A DNA stretch of 57,889 nt, filler included, from Sphacelaria rigidula (taxonomy: Eukaryota), in NCBI GenBank assembly GCA_964200075.2. It is 5 parts of 5 records of this genome, joined end to end, with 100 filler letters (N's around TTAATTAATTAA, not from the genome) between each part and the next. Parts side by side here need not be neighbours in the genome. Positions count along the whole stretch, not along the records: positions 11,600 to 23,097 come from CAXNAA020004861.1; positions 23,198 to 34,695 come from CAXNAA020004862.1; 3 more parts are not named here. One strand, given 5' to 3'. Shown here one piece after another: positions 14,501-27,026 of the stretch. A model generated the notes under the pieces. The model made no database searches, was not told the origin of the DNA, and was given only the letters and a program-made list of their open reading frames with translations. The translations under genes were made by a program, and so were the position numbers. Numbering within the stretch: position 1 is the stretch's first letter; the number at the start of each line of letters is the position of its first letter.

Positions 14501-15894
14501 GGTGCTAGGATTGCATTACTCTCTATACTGCTTTACTAAATATTTCCATGCAACAGCTGATGTGTGCCTTCTGTTGTGTGATGCAGCTGAAAGGAGCAAC
14601 ACAACACGATTTTGCAGTTTGATACAGCTGAAATGGAACCACGCTATCCTGCTCCACATATACTCAAAATCGACAAGACCCGCTGGATGAAAAAACATCG
14701 CTTGTGTCTCCGCATATTGGGTTGGATGTCACCCTTTGGTTTTACCACGTGCTACCGTTTTATTTGTTGTGATGCTGTTTCAGTGTGGCTGTACAAAATG
14801 ACTGTACTGATTGTATATGTCCTGCACTATCTCCTCTTTGAAACCCCACCTATGCACTCAGTCTAACAATTCATAGGTAACAGCGCTTGAGTAATATGCT
14901 TTTACCGTGGGAACAAAACTGTTCCGAATCACCATCGAATATCAAATGTCGGACTATGCATGCGGAAGAACCTCTGCCGTGTACTGTTTATTCGAGTCTA
15001 TATACTGTGGGGACACATGAGGTAGCGATGGCAGTGTTGCCTGAGTGAAGCTACTACTGAACACGATATCAACCAGCAGATGGGTGTTAACGAACTGCCT
15101 GTTGAAGAGATACACAGGAGCTATCGAGATGATGTCGGATACATTTAGTACGGAGTACAGCATATACTTTTAGGAACGCGAACCACTTGCTAGGGTGTCT
15201 CATGCATGGCCACGGTTGCAACGGTGAAATAATTTCATTTTTACTCTATACTTCGCAAATTCACAAAACTGCTTGTGTGACCGTAATGTCAATCTGGTTG
15301 TGCATACATGCTACAAGGCACGATATCATGTAAGCCGATTTGCCGTGAACGGAAACGGCGAGGCTTGAGTGAACGAACCATGAGGTATTTACTCCACCCC
15401 TTGGTCAGGGGAGGCAAATCGTTAATGCTCGAAATGCTTTGTTGTCATGGAAAGTGGATGTAGCCTCTACGTGACTCCCCCTGTTGAATCGTTTGCGCCC
15501 TTGGTAAATATCTTCAAAGATTACATGGGAGCCATGCATGCGTGAAACAAATGGAGAGTTACATGAAGTTGTTTCGATTCTAAGAGATCAAACCCAACCA
15601 TGTACTTCTAGCTTACCACTGTGAATATGTGGATGTTTGTTTCCAGGTGCACTGCTGAACATACCATTATTTAATTTGTATCACCCGCAGCGGTGGATCA
15701 CAGGACTGCATGAAGCCTGCAACAGTTGCTCGTCGACAATTATTGTTGGTGCCCGCCTGCCAATTTCTATGTAGCTACTCATGAGTGTGATAGTCAACCC
15801 AGACCCACAACGATTGAGCGGCTATGAGTGAAGCTGCATGCTAATGTGTTTGCATGAGGCCACCAGACGGATGCTCCGTCAGTTCCCGTTGACC

Positions 15895-16030
15895 GTCTAT
15901 ACTCATGCACGCTCCGAGAATCAATTCGAAGATGACCGTCTACTCGTGCACACTCTGAAAATCCATTCAAAGATGACCGCCTACATGCGCGTGCTCCGAC
16001 AATCAATTCGAAGATGACCGTCTCCCTGTC
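15895..16030. repeat. ~41-bp tandem repeat, 3 copies
   Basis: Unit aatcaattcgaagatgaccgtctac...gcacgctccga is repeated three times. Confidence 0.75.
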
Positions 16031-16275
16031 TGCGCGCTATTACCGTCCCGGGGGCAGGGCTACATTCTTCTGGTCTTGAGAGTCCATGGGTTCCACACAT
16101 TCCTTTGCCGAGATTTACACTGGAAATACTCTGACGAAAGTCGTTGGCTTGTAATGAGCGACTCGTGTGTTTATCGTGGAGACTATGCAAGTTGCTAGCA
16201 TCCAAACCGGACATCGAATGGATGAACGAGAAAGTTGAATAAACCATATATATATATATATATATATGCTTGCAC

Positions 16276-16528
16276 CGACTGCTGCCGAGATACCCCCCCC
16301 AAAAAAACCGGCCAAAAACGTGCACGGAGGCGATGACCATAACTGCCGTTAAAGCTGTTTTCGTGCCGCAAGACGCGACTGATTTGGGCGTTATAGCTGA
16401 TTTCGGACTGCTACACGTCTCTCATGTGGGCGAAATAGCTGCAAACGAGCCCAATAGTGTCATCGCAGCCCGTTCGTTGGATGGTGTCGGTGCACTTTTC
16501 GTGGGGGGGGCTATCTCGGTATTAGTCC
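16276..16528. mobile_element. MITE family 'GGACT' copy 1 (~250 bp, ~25-bp TIR, 2-bp TSD AC)
   Basis: TIRs (G/C)GACTGCTGCCGAGATAC8 and G8CTATCTCGGTATTAGTCC, flanked by AC...AC. Homologous to 26363-26612 and 42989-43238. Confidence 0.9.
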
Positions 16529-16605
16529 ACCATATAGCGAACAAGATGGGATTGATTGCATACAGGAAAATGGGCGAGGACGAAGGCTCAAGATGTCAAG
16601 ACTAT

Positions 16606-16850
16606 GCGTGTTCGAACAGGTTGACAGGGAAGCCAGGATTTCCCATGCGTTTTCGAACAGGTTGACAGGGATCCAGGATTTCCCATGTGTTTCGGAACAG
16701 GTTGACAGGGGACCAGGAGTTTCCCATGCATGTTCGAACAGGTTGACAGGGGAGCCAGGATTTTCCACGCGTTTTCAAACACGTTGACAGGGATCCAAGA
16801 TTTCCCATGTGTGCTCGAACAGATTGACATGGAGCCAGAATTTCCTTGGC
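16606..16850. repeat. ~40-bp minisatellite, ~6 copies
   Basis: Unit tcgaacaggttgacagggga(g/t)ccaggatttcccatg(c/t)gt(t/g)t, with no unique spacers. Confidence 0.9.
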
Positions 16851-17080
16851 AGTCCATAAATATTTCACACCTCGGATAACGTAGTATGATATGTTACCTA
16901 TGTTACGTTATTTGGCTAGGTTGGCGGGTATTGTAACACGAGAAACATATACTACGACGAGTTCTACTGGTCTCATGTCAATGGGTAACTTATGTCACAG
17001 CCGACACTCACCGCTCTAATGACAGTGTAGTATGGTGTTAGATATAGAACCCTGAAGGCTGTTGTACGATAATATTGTGT

Positions 17081-18084
17081 TACTCTGCCAGTCCGCAGGT
17101 AGCTGTAACACAAAAACATACTAGTACGGTTGGGCTGTACGAAAACACAAACATAAAAACACACTAGTACGGGTCGGCTGTACAAAAACACAAACATGAG
17201 CACATAGTCCCATCGTTGACGTCCACAAAAATAGCAACATGAAACCACACTCGTACGGTTCGGCTCTACAAAAACACAACCATGATCACATAGTCCCATA
17301 GTTGGTATCCACCAAACAGGAACAGAAAGACACACTCCTACTGTTGGGCTCTACAAAAACACGAACACAGTAACTTTGCGGTAGCCGGCGGGTCGGCAGT
17401 GACGTTCAAGTTGATAACACTATGTCCACCCGTTGGTCACACAGAATGTTGCGGAGTCTCGATGATTGGGTACTAAAATGTAACACATTTCGGACCTCTT
17501 CTGCTTTAGAGTCGGATAACGTAGCATTTAACAGAAACTACTGTGTCGCAGGCCTTGCTGGACCTGAGCCCTAACTCACGTTACTGCAGTTATGAGTGGG
17601 CTGCCAATTTGTTCAGCACATGTTGGGTCGCTTATTGTTTCAACTGTAAACTGTCAAATGTTTGGCGGTCGATTAACCGCTTGTCGGTTATCCCATATAA
17701 CACTGTGTTCCTATCTTGAGACCTGACCCGTTGGGCACATGAACATTCTACTTTCGTATGGTTGGTAATATATTGTTCGAGATGGTATGATGTTACTTTG
17801 TTCCGCCGTGGTCCGTGGGGTATACCAACGTTGTACTAGTTGAACTGGGGTACTTTGATTACCCCTTATGGTATAGTGCTACTGTTTGTTGAGCCGTTGT
17901 CCTTTCGATATATGTGTGGCTCCTTTGATTTATCGCTTGCCGGCTATCCCATATAACACTGTGTTTTGTGCTCCTGTTTTTGCGGAGACCAATAATAGGA
18001 TTATGTGTTCATGGATGTGTTGTTGTAGAGCCGAACCGTACGAGGGTGTTTTTGTGTTACAGCCATGTGCGGACAGCTAGAGTA
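17081..18084. mobile_element. ~1-kb non-autonomous TIR element with TA TSD (Tc1/mariner-like) and subterminal repeats
   Basis: Left end TA|CTCTGCCAGTCCGCAGGTAGCTGTAACACAAAAACA is the reverse complement of right end TGTTTTTGTGTTACAGCCATGTGCGGACAGCTAGAG|TA. The gtacggttcggctctacaaaaacac motif is repeated inside the arms. Confidence 0.75.
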
Positions 18085-19349
18085 GGCCCAAGTTTGTATA
18101 ACACGCCGATAATGTACTCTGTGTCTTCCGTGCAAGGTATCACACAATCCTTGATCGTGAGATCACTCGTTCGTCACGTGCACGACGTATAATAGTAGCA
18201 GCACCGCAAGCACGAAAAAAAAACGATTTAACAACGTGGATATTTTTGTCTGTCACACGAGAGGGCCCACGCGGTTACATGCAGATTGAAGGTGCTTTTT
18301 CGCGCAGCGATTGACCACGAACCCATTCACTATCGAGCTTGTACAGCGTGTTGCCGACCGCAATACTACCGTGCTATGTGCTATGTTTTCGCTAGCTGAG
18401 CTGTAGTCACCACTTCCTCTGCTCAGCTAGCGCCGGTGCTGTCAACAAGCTGGCGTAAGCGCTGTTCTTACCGAGTGTGTTCGGCAGCAGAGACCGCGGC
18501 AGAGACGACAGCAACCCGAGAAAACAAGCTCGCAGGCGTGTCGGTGCGGGATCTGGGCCGCGCGCTTATGATGCGCCACACAAGTCGCCAGCGGATGACC
18601 CTGCAGCGTCGGCAGCCCTCCAGTATCTCCTTCACAGCCCGGCACCGATTTGCTGAAGGCGAAACACGCCAAACAGCGGGAGAATGTGGCGAAGTGGACG
18701 GCGGAAAAGCTAACCCGCCAAGTCGAAGAAACAGCTGCGTATCCCATCGTGCCCGAGTGAGAGCCGAGTGTTGACTAGTCTCGTGCTGTCATCAGCCACG
18801 AGGCTATTCGGAAGGCGAAATCTCCCGATGAACCACAACGGCAGCGCGGCGAGTACACGGGGAAAAGAAGCGTCGTCCCAAGTGTGGGATGCTACGATTG
18901 TATCCGAGAGTTTCCGGGGCAGTCTTTCTACGTTGAGGGTAGCCATGCAACTGAGGTGCAAGACCTGCCGCGCTACTTCGGTGCGCAAAAGGTTCACCAT
19001 CAGAAACTACAAGCTGGGCCAGCCGAGAAGCAGATTTGTAGTTCGCAGGCAAATTCGCAATTTTTTATGTAGAGTGGGACACTCAAAATTGGTACGGACA
19101 ATCAACAGCGCATGGAAGAAAGGGCAATGACCTAGAAAAGGTATATCCTCTCGTTTTTCGCCTAAGAAAGGTATGAAAAATGGCCAGAAACACGAAAACA
19201 GCCAAACACGCCATTTTGACCTTTTTGGCTCTGGAGTTTTCACACACTGTCATGAGGAAGGAAGATAGAGAGGCGTTATTTGTTCCCCCAGACAACTTTG
19301 GGGCAGGTTGGCTCATAGATGACTCGATCCATCCAGGGGAATGCTCCCA

Positions 19350-19470
19350 TAGTTCTGGGGAAGGTTGATGTACAGACTACGTTCTGGGGAAGGTTGATGT
19401 ACAGACTACGTTCTGGGGAAGGTTGGTGTACAGACTGGTGTACCCTAGCTGGGGAAGGTTAGTGTGCAGG
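19350..19470. repeat. 29-bp tandem repeat
   Basis: gttctggggaaggttgatgtacagactac x3, plus a degenerate fourth copy. Confidence 0.85.
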
Positions 19471-20482
19471 CTGATATGCCCTAGTCCCGAGGAGGCGAAA
19501 CGCCTTCTCGGGGCGAGGTCGGATAGGTTGCGTTCCATGCACACTCGCTCACTCTTCAGCTGCCCTTCGAGCCGGACATCTGCTTCTACTGTTTACCTTT
19601 GGTGAGAACAGTGTGCTAGGCGAGCAAGGGAATAATAAATGAGAGTCACAAGACATGAAGCCTTTGAGCTTCTCCTGCCTGCTTGCTACTGTTGACCATC
19701 GGTCACGCAAGCCTACCTGTGAATCATATAGCTTCCGGGCACATCATTGCACCTCGTGCATAGCTTATTGCACATCAATCTATCAAGGAAGGTGTGTGGA
19801 GTCTGTCCACAACTATCCTTATTACACTGGCGTTCGACTAATTGGCCGTGTCTCGCTTGGTTTTTCAGTAACCTTTCACTCGTATTCTTGTTGCCTCGTT
19901 GCCTCGTTTAGCTATAGTTCACTACTGTTCCTTGTTTTTTGTTGGTTGCACCTGTGCCTTCCCTTTCTTAGTGTAGCAGACCACAGTCCTTGACTTTTAT
20001 TTAGCTTTTAGAGTGCTTTTTTTGCTGTGTTATAGTACGGTAGTTCATTCCCGCAGTTACGTTTTCCCCACAGCAGCCACAACTGCGCCTCCGCCGCTGG
20101 CGCACTCTGTCTTTGTCCTTCTCCTGCTTCGGTCGTTCCTTTTGCTGAGCCGCACTCTTGACCTGTAGTGCCCTTGACCTATTGTCCTTGTCCTTCCTGC
20201 CCCACATCACTCGCCGAATATTCCGCCCAGCGCTGTGTCGGCTGGCTTGTTGTAAACTCTTGCGGACAGTTGACACTATACCTTACTGGACCAATACAGA
20301 ACACGCCGCTTCTATCTTATGGCGAAAGCGTCTACCTTTATCCTTGCAGGACGTTGACATTTGTGTGCCGTGGCTGTGTTTTTCGTGCGGTGTCCCCTCA
20401 CCCTGGCTGCTTTAGTGTTTTCGTTCACCGCTTACAACCACGCTTACTTTTTCGGTGCGACAATTGCGTAGTCGCAACTGCC

Positions 20483-20555
<73 letters not shown>

Positions 20556-20558
20556 TAG
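20483..20558. repeat. (GTA)n microsatellite
   Basis: About 25 GTA units. Confidence 0.97.
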
Positions 20559-21743
20559 CAACTGCCGCTCCAGCGTGCAGCGTACTGTAGTGCATACTAT
20601 TTGTTCTCCCGCGGGACAATCTGCACCAACACAATTGACAAATTCGGTGCTGTACGTCTCTCATCGCACCTCCCATCAGGTTTCTATCACACCCCAGCCC
20701 CGCTTCTACATTTTTTGCTGGGTGAGCACTACGTGGTCAACTTTTCACCTTTGGGTCGTGCATTCCACGACGCGCTTTTCATCTTTTGTGCGTGTACTGG
20801 TTGATACATTTTTCATCTTTCGCGTGGGTACTACATACACATTTCCTTTTCCCTTTTGGCCCTGCACTGCATGATCCACTTTTTCCTTTTTGGTGCTACT
20901 CTACCTGGATCACTTCACGATTTCCTGATTTCTTGTTCGAAATTTCGTATCCCACTGTAGTCTTTTCAGTTTGGCGCCTGATCTGCACCAACATTAGTGT
21001 TTCAGTCGGCTGCTACGGTTGTAGCCTCTTGGATTCCTGCACCTGACTTCAGTGTTTCGCACCCTCGCTGCCGCGCTTTTGATTATTTTTCTGTATTGAA
21101 TTCCAACACAATTCACGAATCGCCTTTACCTTGGCCACGTTATCCATACTAGTTTTGGTGTACATTTTCGCGGTCTCGAGTTGTGTTTTTTTTTCTACAC
21201 CTCCTGTGTGCGGTGTCTTACTTGCACCACTGACGTACCCCTGTCCAGCGTGTGCCTGGCCACTAAGTACCCCAGTCATATTTGACGTGCACAGTGCGCC
21301 CGTCGGACATCTGTCCGGGTGTCTGTCTTCTTTCACAGTCGCCTCATTGTTAGGTTTTGCTCTTGCACCAAACCTCTCGTGCGACAACTGTTGGGTTTAT
21401 CTGTAAGTTTGTTTCTTTGCGGCTATTTACACGTTTGGTACACCTTCAGTGCGCCCCCCCTACCCACCTCCCCCCATATACAGTTTCCTCTACAGGTGTC
21501 GTATTTCCGCCGCAGTTCCTCCCTTTTCGGCGTTTAATAACCTCCACCTTTTTGCTCTACTGTCTGCCTTTTCGGTACTTGGAATTGCGGAGATTACGCT
21601 GATTGTTATCATCACAGCAGTCTACTCTACTTTAGTGTACCTCCGTTTATAAAGTTCTGTAGTCTTTACTGCTTAATTTTGTTTTTCGGTACTTACAATC
21701 TCCTGCCGAGTCTACACTACCTGCTATTATTATACCAGAACTA

Positions 21744-23097
21744 TTGTACTCTGGTGTCTGGCGTCCATTTTTACCTCTTCAATTTAATATGACGCAACCG
21801 CAGAAAATAACTCTCCCCTCGGCCCTACCTACTTACAAATCTTTACGCCGTCAGCGTTTTCTTTCATCAATTCCTTCAAAACCTTCCACTCTTACTTCCC
21901 CTGTACACGAAGAAGTGAAATCCGACAGAGCTTCGGCCCTCCACTCTGGCGACTACATGTCTCAAGACTTGGCTGCTACTGGTGACCACGACCGCCATTT
22001 GTCTAAGACTTCCAACATGATCGACGAGTCGCTCCGAGCTCGCTCTGTTGCGAAACGCACACCGCCCAAGACTCCCGACATGATCGATGAGTCGCTACGC
22101 GCTCGCTCTGTCGCGGACCGACCACTGTCCAAGACTTTCAGCATGATCGACGAGTCGCTACGCGCTCGCTCTGTTGTTCAACGTGCTCCGTCTCGGCGTT
22201 CCCACATGTCTCACGAGTCGCCACGCGTTGCCACTGTTGTGAGACGCAAACCGCTTCAGGCTTCTATCGCGGTTATTGACTCACCCCGCGCTCGCGGTGT
22301 TGATGAACGGCATCCGTCCATGCCTTCCGACGTTTTCGGTACGTCGCACAAGGGTTTCGATGTCTTACAGCGCCCGCGACGATACGGCATGTATCGTGAG
22401 AACACTTCTCTTCACCAGCCCTCGCGCCGAACATCCTCCTCGCGTCTTGTCCGAAGAGCCTTCCACAGGGCAGTTGCCTTCAGTAACGGCTCTTGAGTAC
22501 TTGCTTCGTTCATCACCGGCTGTCATTTCTGACGGTCCGGCGACAACTGCCCTTTCACAAGCGCCTGCGGCCGCGTTTCACACAGCCGTTCAACATTCAA
22601 TGTCCTCAGATCATGTTCACTTTGACAGTAATATGAATCATCAGGCCTCTGTACCAGCGGCTGCAGCCCATGCTGACGAACGTTCAACCTCAGATGTTCC
22701 CTTTGATTTCGATATGAATGGTGATGCCACTCCCCACCATGGTGATTATACCACTCATGTTCATGATGTACGTGCATTGCTATCGGGACTATCATCCACC
22801 ACGGGATCCTCACGACCTCAATCTGTCGATCGGACCCATGTGAGTTCACGATTGCCCATTGATACCTCGTTGATTGACATTGCCGCATCTTTGCGAAACG
22901 GGCGCAGCACTAACCGTGCCCTTCCGCCCTACCCTGATGCTGCCACTGTACGTGCGGCGGAACGACAAATTGCAGATCTTCGTCGATACCTGCGATCTGC
23001 TTCAACAATGGCTCACACCCAGGCACCTTCCACCCCCCCCCCTATCGCGGCCACTCCAGCCCCTGCGGCTGCAGACATCGACACAGATGCGGAAAGC
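21744..23097 (+). mobile_element. Two overlapping long frames with 60-bp in-frame repeats; probable 5' (gag-like) part of an LTR retroelement, cut by the spacer
   Basis: ORFs 21744-22496 (MIDESLRARSV 20-aa repeats) and 22276-23097. They follow a ~2-kb pyrimidine-rich leader and a PBS-like TGGTGAGAACAGTG at about 19600. No diagnostic domain is visible. Confidence 0.35.
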
Positions 23098-23197
23098 NNN
23101 NNNNNNNNNNNNNNNNNNNNNNNNNNNNNNNNNNNNNNNNNTTAATTAATTAANNNNNNNNNNNNNNNNNNNNNNNNNNNNNNNNNNNNNNNNNNNN

Positions 23198-23427
23198 GGA
23201 CCGCGGTGTTGGTAGTCGATCTGGACCACGTGTACTTTTTCCAAGTGAATATTGATGCCGATTCAGCAGGTGACCTACTCTCGCGGCCTGACGGTCAAGC
23301 CCTCCAGCGGAGTTTGGAGGGGAAAGGTACTTTCGCTCTGTGTTACTCTTTCGTATCTTCCCTGTCATAGATAAATGGGACTTCAACCTCATTTTTGTTT
23401 CAACTCCAAAAATTAGGATTGGCTGTT
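23198..23427. repeat. Dispersed repeat ending AATTAG(A/G)AT(C/T)GGCTGTT, truncating the Copia RT
   Basis: Homologous ends at 11600-11673 and 32160-32224. The internal GAATCGGCATCA..TTCA motif also occurs near 1318, 30817, 55747 and 55858. Confidence 0.65.
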
Positions 23428-24519
23428 GATTGCTATATTACCGCATCCATGGTTTCCGCTTCCTTCAGGCCTTGAAACCCTCGCACCATGGAGTCCTCCT
23501 ATACACCTCCCCGTTCCGGACGGGTTGCTTCAGCGTATGTCTTTGGTGTGGTTGAGTCTGTCACTGGGCGGTGGGGAAGTCTGGGTGGTTGATGCGGCGG
23601 ACGCTCCTCCTTCATTGCTATGTTGATGTCCTCGCGCGTTGCCATCGTACTCGCAGTCCGATATTGCAAACCCTTGCGCCCCCCTGCCGCGTCGCCCTGC
23701 CTCTTCCTTCCGGCCTCTACTGCGGAGCGCGTCAGGTGAGCGGACAAAAGCGATGGTTTGTCGAGCTGCGCAAAAAAGATTGCTCTCGTGATGAATAGGT
23801 GCAATGAGTGATGCTACGGTAGGGGTACTCAAATAATGTCTGAGGTTAGAATTGTTAGGAGCCCTTTATCTAATCTAAAACACGACATATGAAAATATGC
23901 GAGAGTACGCCAGGATTACTACTCCAATTTGCTGGGGATCTCCCGAATAAATCTGCAAACATGGATACCCTGGCCCATATTCTTGTGCGTCTAGAACCGT
24001 TAGGAGCCCCTGAACCAGACAAAATTTCGCGAAAAAAGTGCACCCCTACCGTAGCATTGATCCAATGCTGTCTTCCCCCTTCCTTTCGGCTGTGTGCTGG
24101 ACCGTCTCCGATCGGGTCCTCCCCGGTTGCCGAGGGCCACTATTCCGGTCAAGTTCCTTCACCACCTTGTCGGGTAACGGTGATAGAGAGCGGTCTTGTA
24201 GATGGCGAATTGATGATGAAACCTCTGAAATAGATGATGGTGCCGAAGAGCCATTGAAAGTCGGGGGTGAAGTCGGTTGACGGTGCACCGAATGAGGTTG
24301 CTGGGGTAATGGAGTCGACCGTGTGTCGCGCTGGTTTTGTTTGTGTTGCGTGGCGACGGGTGGTGGTGGTGCCGAAGTATGTTGCGGTTGCGTGTAAATA
24401 GGATAGAAAGGTCGCGACGGAAATGAACTGAATGGTCGCGGCGGGACGGGATAGAATGGTTCATGGTGTCTTCCCAGTGAGGCATCATGGTATGGTCGTG
24501 GTGAGATGGGATAGTAATA

Positions 24520-25160
24520 TCGCGAACTAGTACGGTGTGGCGGCGGCGGCGGCAGGTTGGCGGCGGCGGCATGTGATTGCAGTGGTGGGATGGTTTGGTT
24601 CCGCGACGGCGGCGGGTACGATATGGTGCGATGGTGGAGCAAAATGTCGGCGCGGCGGCAGGTCGGCGGTGGCGGCGACATGCTGTCGTGGCTGTGAGTG
24701 GGTATGGTTTCGCGGCGGCGGCGGGTTGGCGGCGCTGTCGGAATCATGTCGTTGTGAAGGAGCGTGGTTTGGTGGCGGCGACAAGTTGGTGGCGGCGGCG
24801 GGAGCAGGCAGTCGCGAGGCACGGTGGTGCGTCGACCGGTTGGCGGCGGCGGCAGGTGCGGGATGATGTGACTGCGGGGCATGGTGGTGCGGCGGCAAAT
24901 TGGCGGCGGCGGCAGGTGCGGGATGATGTGGTTGCGGAGCATGGTGGTGCGACGGCGGCAAGTTGGCGGCGGCGGTGGAGGTATGCGGTCGCGGGGCATG
25001 GTGGTGCTGCGGCAAGTTGGCGGCGGCGGCAGGTGCGGAATGATGTGGTTGCGGGGCATGGTAGTGTGGCGGCGGCAAATTGGCGGCGGCGGCAGGTGCG
25101 AAATGATGTGGTTGCGGTGTATGGTGGTGAGGCGGCAAGTTAGCGGCGGCGGCGGAACCT
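24520..25160 (-). repeat. ~57-63-bp GC-rich tandem array between Copia integrase and RT
   Basis: About 9 units of ggcggcggcggcaggtgcgggatgatgtggttgcggggcatggtggtgcggcggcaa(a/g)tt. Confidence 0.85.
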
Positions 25161-26362
25161 GAAGTCTCAGTGTTGTCGTGTCCCCCCCTCCCTTCCGTCG
25201 AGCGGCGCTCATGGTTGGAGGGGTCGACGGGGCACTGTCCAGACCACGTTGTTGGTATAACAGTCGGAGTCGGTGGAGGTTTTGATGAATTTGACGGTTG
25301 AGGATGAATGATTGCAGCCGTTGTTGAGATAGTAGCACTTGACGGCTTGCGGATCCACTTTGGAACGTCGTGTGATCCTCATCATCCCAGGTTGGAGGAA
25401 GGTAACGATCTAAAGCGGAGGGGCCCGGCCGGTGAAGACCTGGTACGGCGGGACCCTCCCAGGGTTGGCCACCGTGGTGGAGCGGTTGAATACATCCGCG
25501 GTCCAGACTGCGGACTCCAACCAGAGTCTATCCAAGGTGCCACCGAGTCTGGGGATGGCCGTGAAGTCCTCAGCGGGGAAAAGGCGCGAAGCTTCACATC
25601 GCGCAGCGTGGCCAGCCTTCATCATGCGCCAGATTGCGCTCTCGGCCACAGCGTTCTGCTTCGGGGTGTCGGGCGCTGTATACTCGCGGCGAATCCGCAC
25701 CTCGTCACAGAAATCGATGAAGTCTTGCGAACGGAACTCACCCCCGTTGTCGATGCGAAAGCACCGAGGAACACCAAACTCATTGACGGCGGCCATATAT
25801 CCCTTCACTTGTGCCAAAGCGTGTGCCTTCCTCGCGAAACCACAAAGCATGATGGAGCGAGACTTACCATCCACACAGGCGAGCATATATAGTGACCCGC
25901 CTAGTGCCCGCACATGTGGACCTGTGAGATCGAGGTGGACGATGCCGAGGACCGTGGGTGACCGAGTACTCAAATGTGGTATCCCAGCGCGTCGCCTTTT
26001 TGACTCCAAACATCCTGCGCATGGCGCCAGCTGCCCTTTGAGAGTATTGTCCCACTCGGCGGCGGTCGCTCGGAGAATGGTCTCATGAGCATGGTAGAGG
26101 GAAGCGTGAAAGTAGTTGATGTCCAACGTTTGTTGTTGCTTACCGACAATGGAGGGTCGGCGGCCGGGTGCTATAACTGCAAGCACTAAATCCAAAACCT
26201 CCTCCTCACTCAATTCCTGAATGCTTAGAAGCCGAGGAAAAAACTCTGGGGGATTACATGTAGCAATCTCATCTTCCTGACACAGCAATAGGTCCGGCAA
26301 GTGCAAACCTGGAACAGCAGTCAACCCTGTGGAAAACCTGCTGGATGAGTTGACAGTACCAC

Positions 26363-26612
26363 GGACTGCTCCCGAGATAGCCCCCCCCTAAACCGGCCAA
26401 AAACGTGCACGGAGGCGATGATCATAACTACCGTTAAAGCTGGTTTCGTGCTGCACGATGCGACTGATTTGGGCGTTGTAGCTGATTTCAGACTGCTACA
26501 CTCCTCTCATGTGGGCGAAATTGCTGCAAACGAGTCCAATAGTGGGATCGCAGCCGGTTCGTTTGATGGTGCCGGTGCAATTTTTGCGGGGGGGTTATCT
26601 CGGCATTAGTCC
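26363..26612. mobile_element. MITE family 'GGACT' copy 2, nested in Copia pol
   Basis: GGACTGCTCCCGAGATAGC8...G7TTATCTCGGCATTAGTCC with TSD AC. The empty site can be reconstructed from the adjacent 138-bp repeat (cagtagc-ac-gcgaag). Confidence 0.92.
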
Positions 26613-27026
26613 ACGCGAAGATTCCGACGCAGTGGATTGCGCTACAGTAGGCGGGGTTGCACCGACAAGAGTACACGAAGACACAGTATTCGTGTGAGCA
26701 CTGATAGTATCACTCGCAGACAAAACATCCGGGGGGTTCCTTACAGTAGCACGCGAAGATTCCGACGCAGTAGATTGCGCTACAGTAGGCGGGGTTGCAC
26801 CGACAGAAGTACACGAAGACACAGTGTTCGGGGGAGCACTGCCAGTATCACTCGCAGACAAAACATCCAGGGGGTTCCTTACAGTAGCACGCGAAGACTC
26901 CGACGCAGTAAATTACGCTGCAGTAGGCGGGGTTGCACTGACAGAAGTGCACGAAGATACAGTGTTGGGGGGAGCACTGACATTATCACTCACAGACAAA
27001 ACATCCGGGGGGTACCTCACAGTAGC
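26613..27026 (-). repeat. 3 x 138-bp (46-codon) tandem repeat between Copia protease and integrase
   Basis: Units start at 26613, 26751 and 26889; they encode SSCTSVGATPPTVAQSTASESSRATVRNPPDVLSASDT-like repeats. Confidence 0.92.

Noticed and set aside
16333..16528. ~65-aa ORF (MIITAVKAGFVLHDATDLG...) open in all three GGACT MITE copies
   Set aside because: Differences between copies are mostly non-synonymous and the C-termini frameshift, consistent with neutral drift rather than a conserved peptide.
16606..16850. Regular ~40-bp repeats resembling a CRISPR array
   Set aside because: Units are contiguous with no unique spacers, no cas genes are present and the context is eukaryotic; this is a minisatellite.
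20168..20874. ORFs with poly-V, poly-S or poly-T runs
   Set aside because: Artefacts of the (GTA)n microsatellite.
24537..26088. Long plus-strand ORFs
   Set aside because: Antisense shadows of the GC-rich Copia repeats and integrase.
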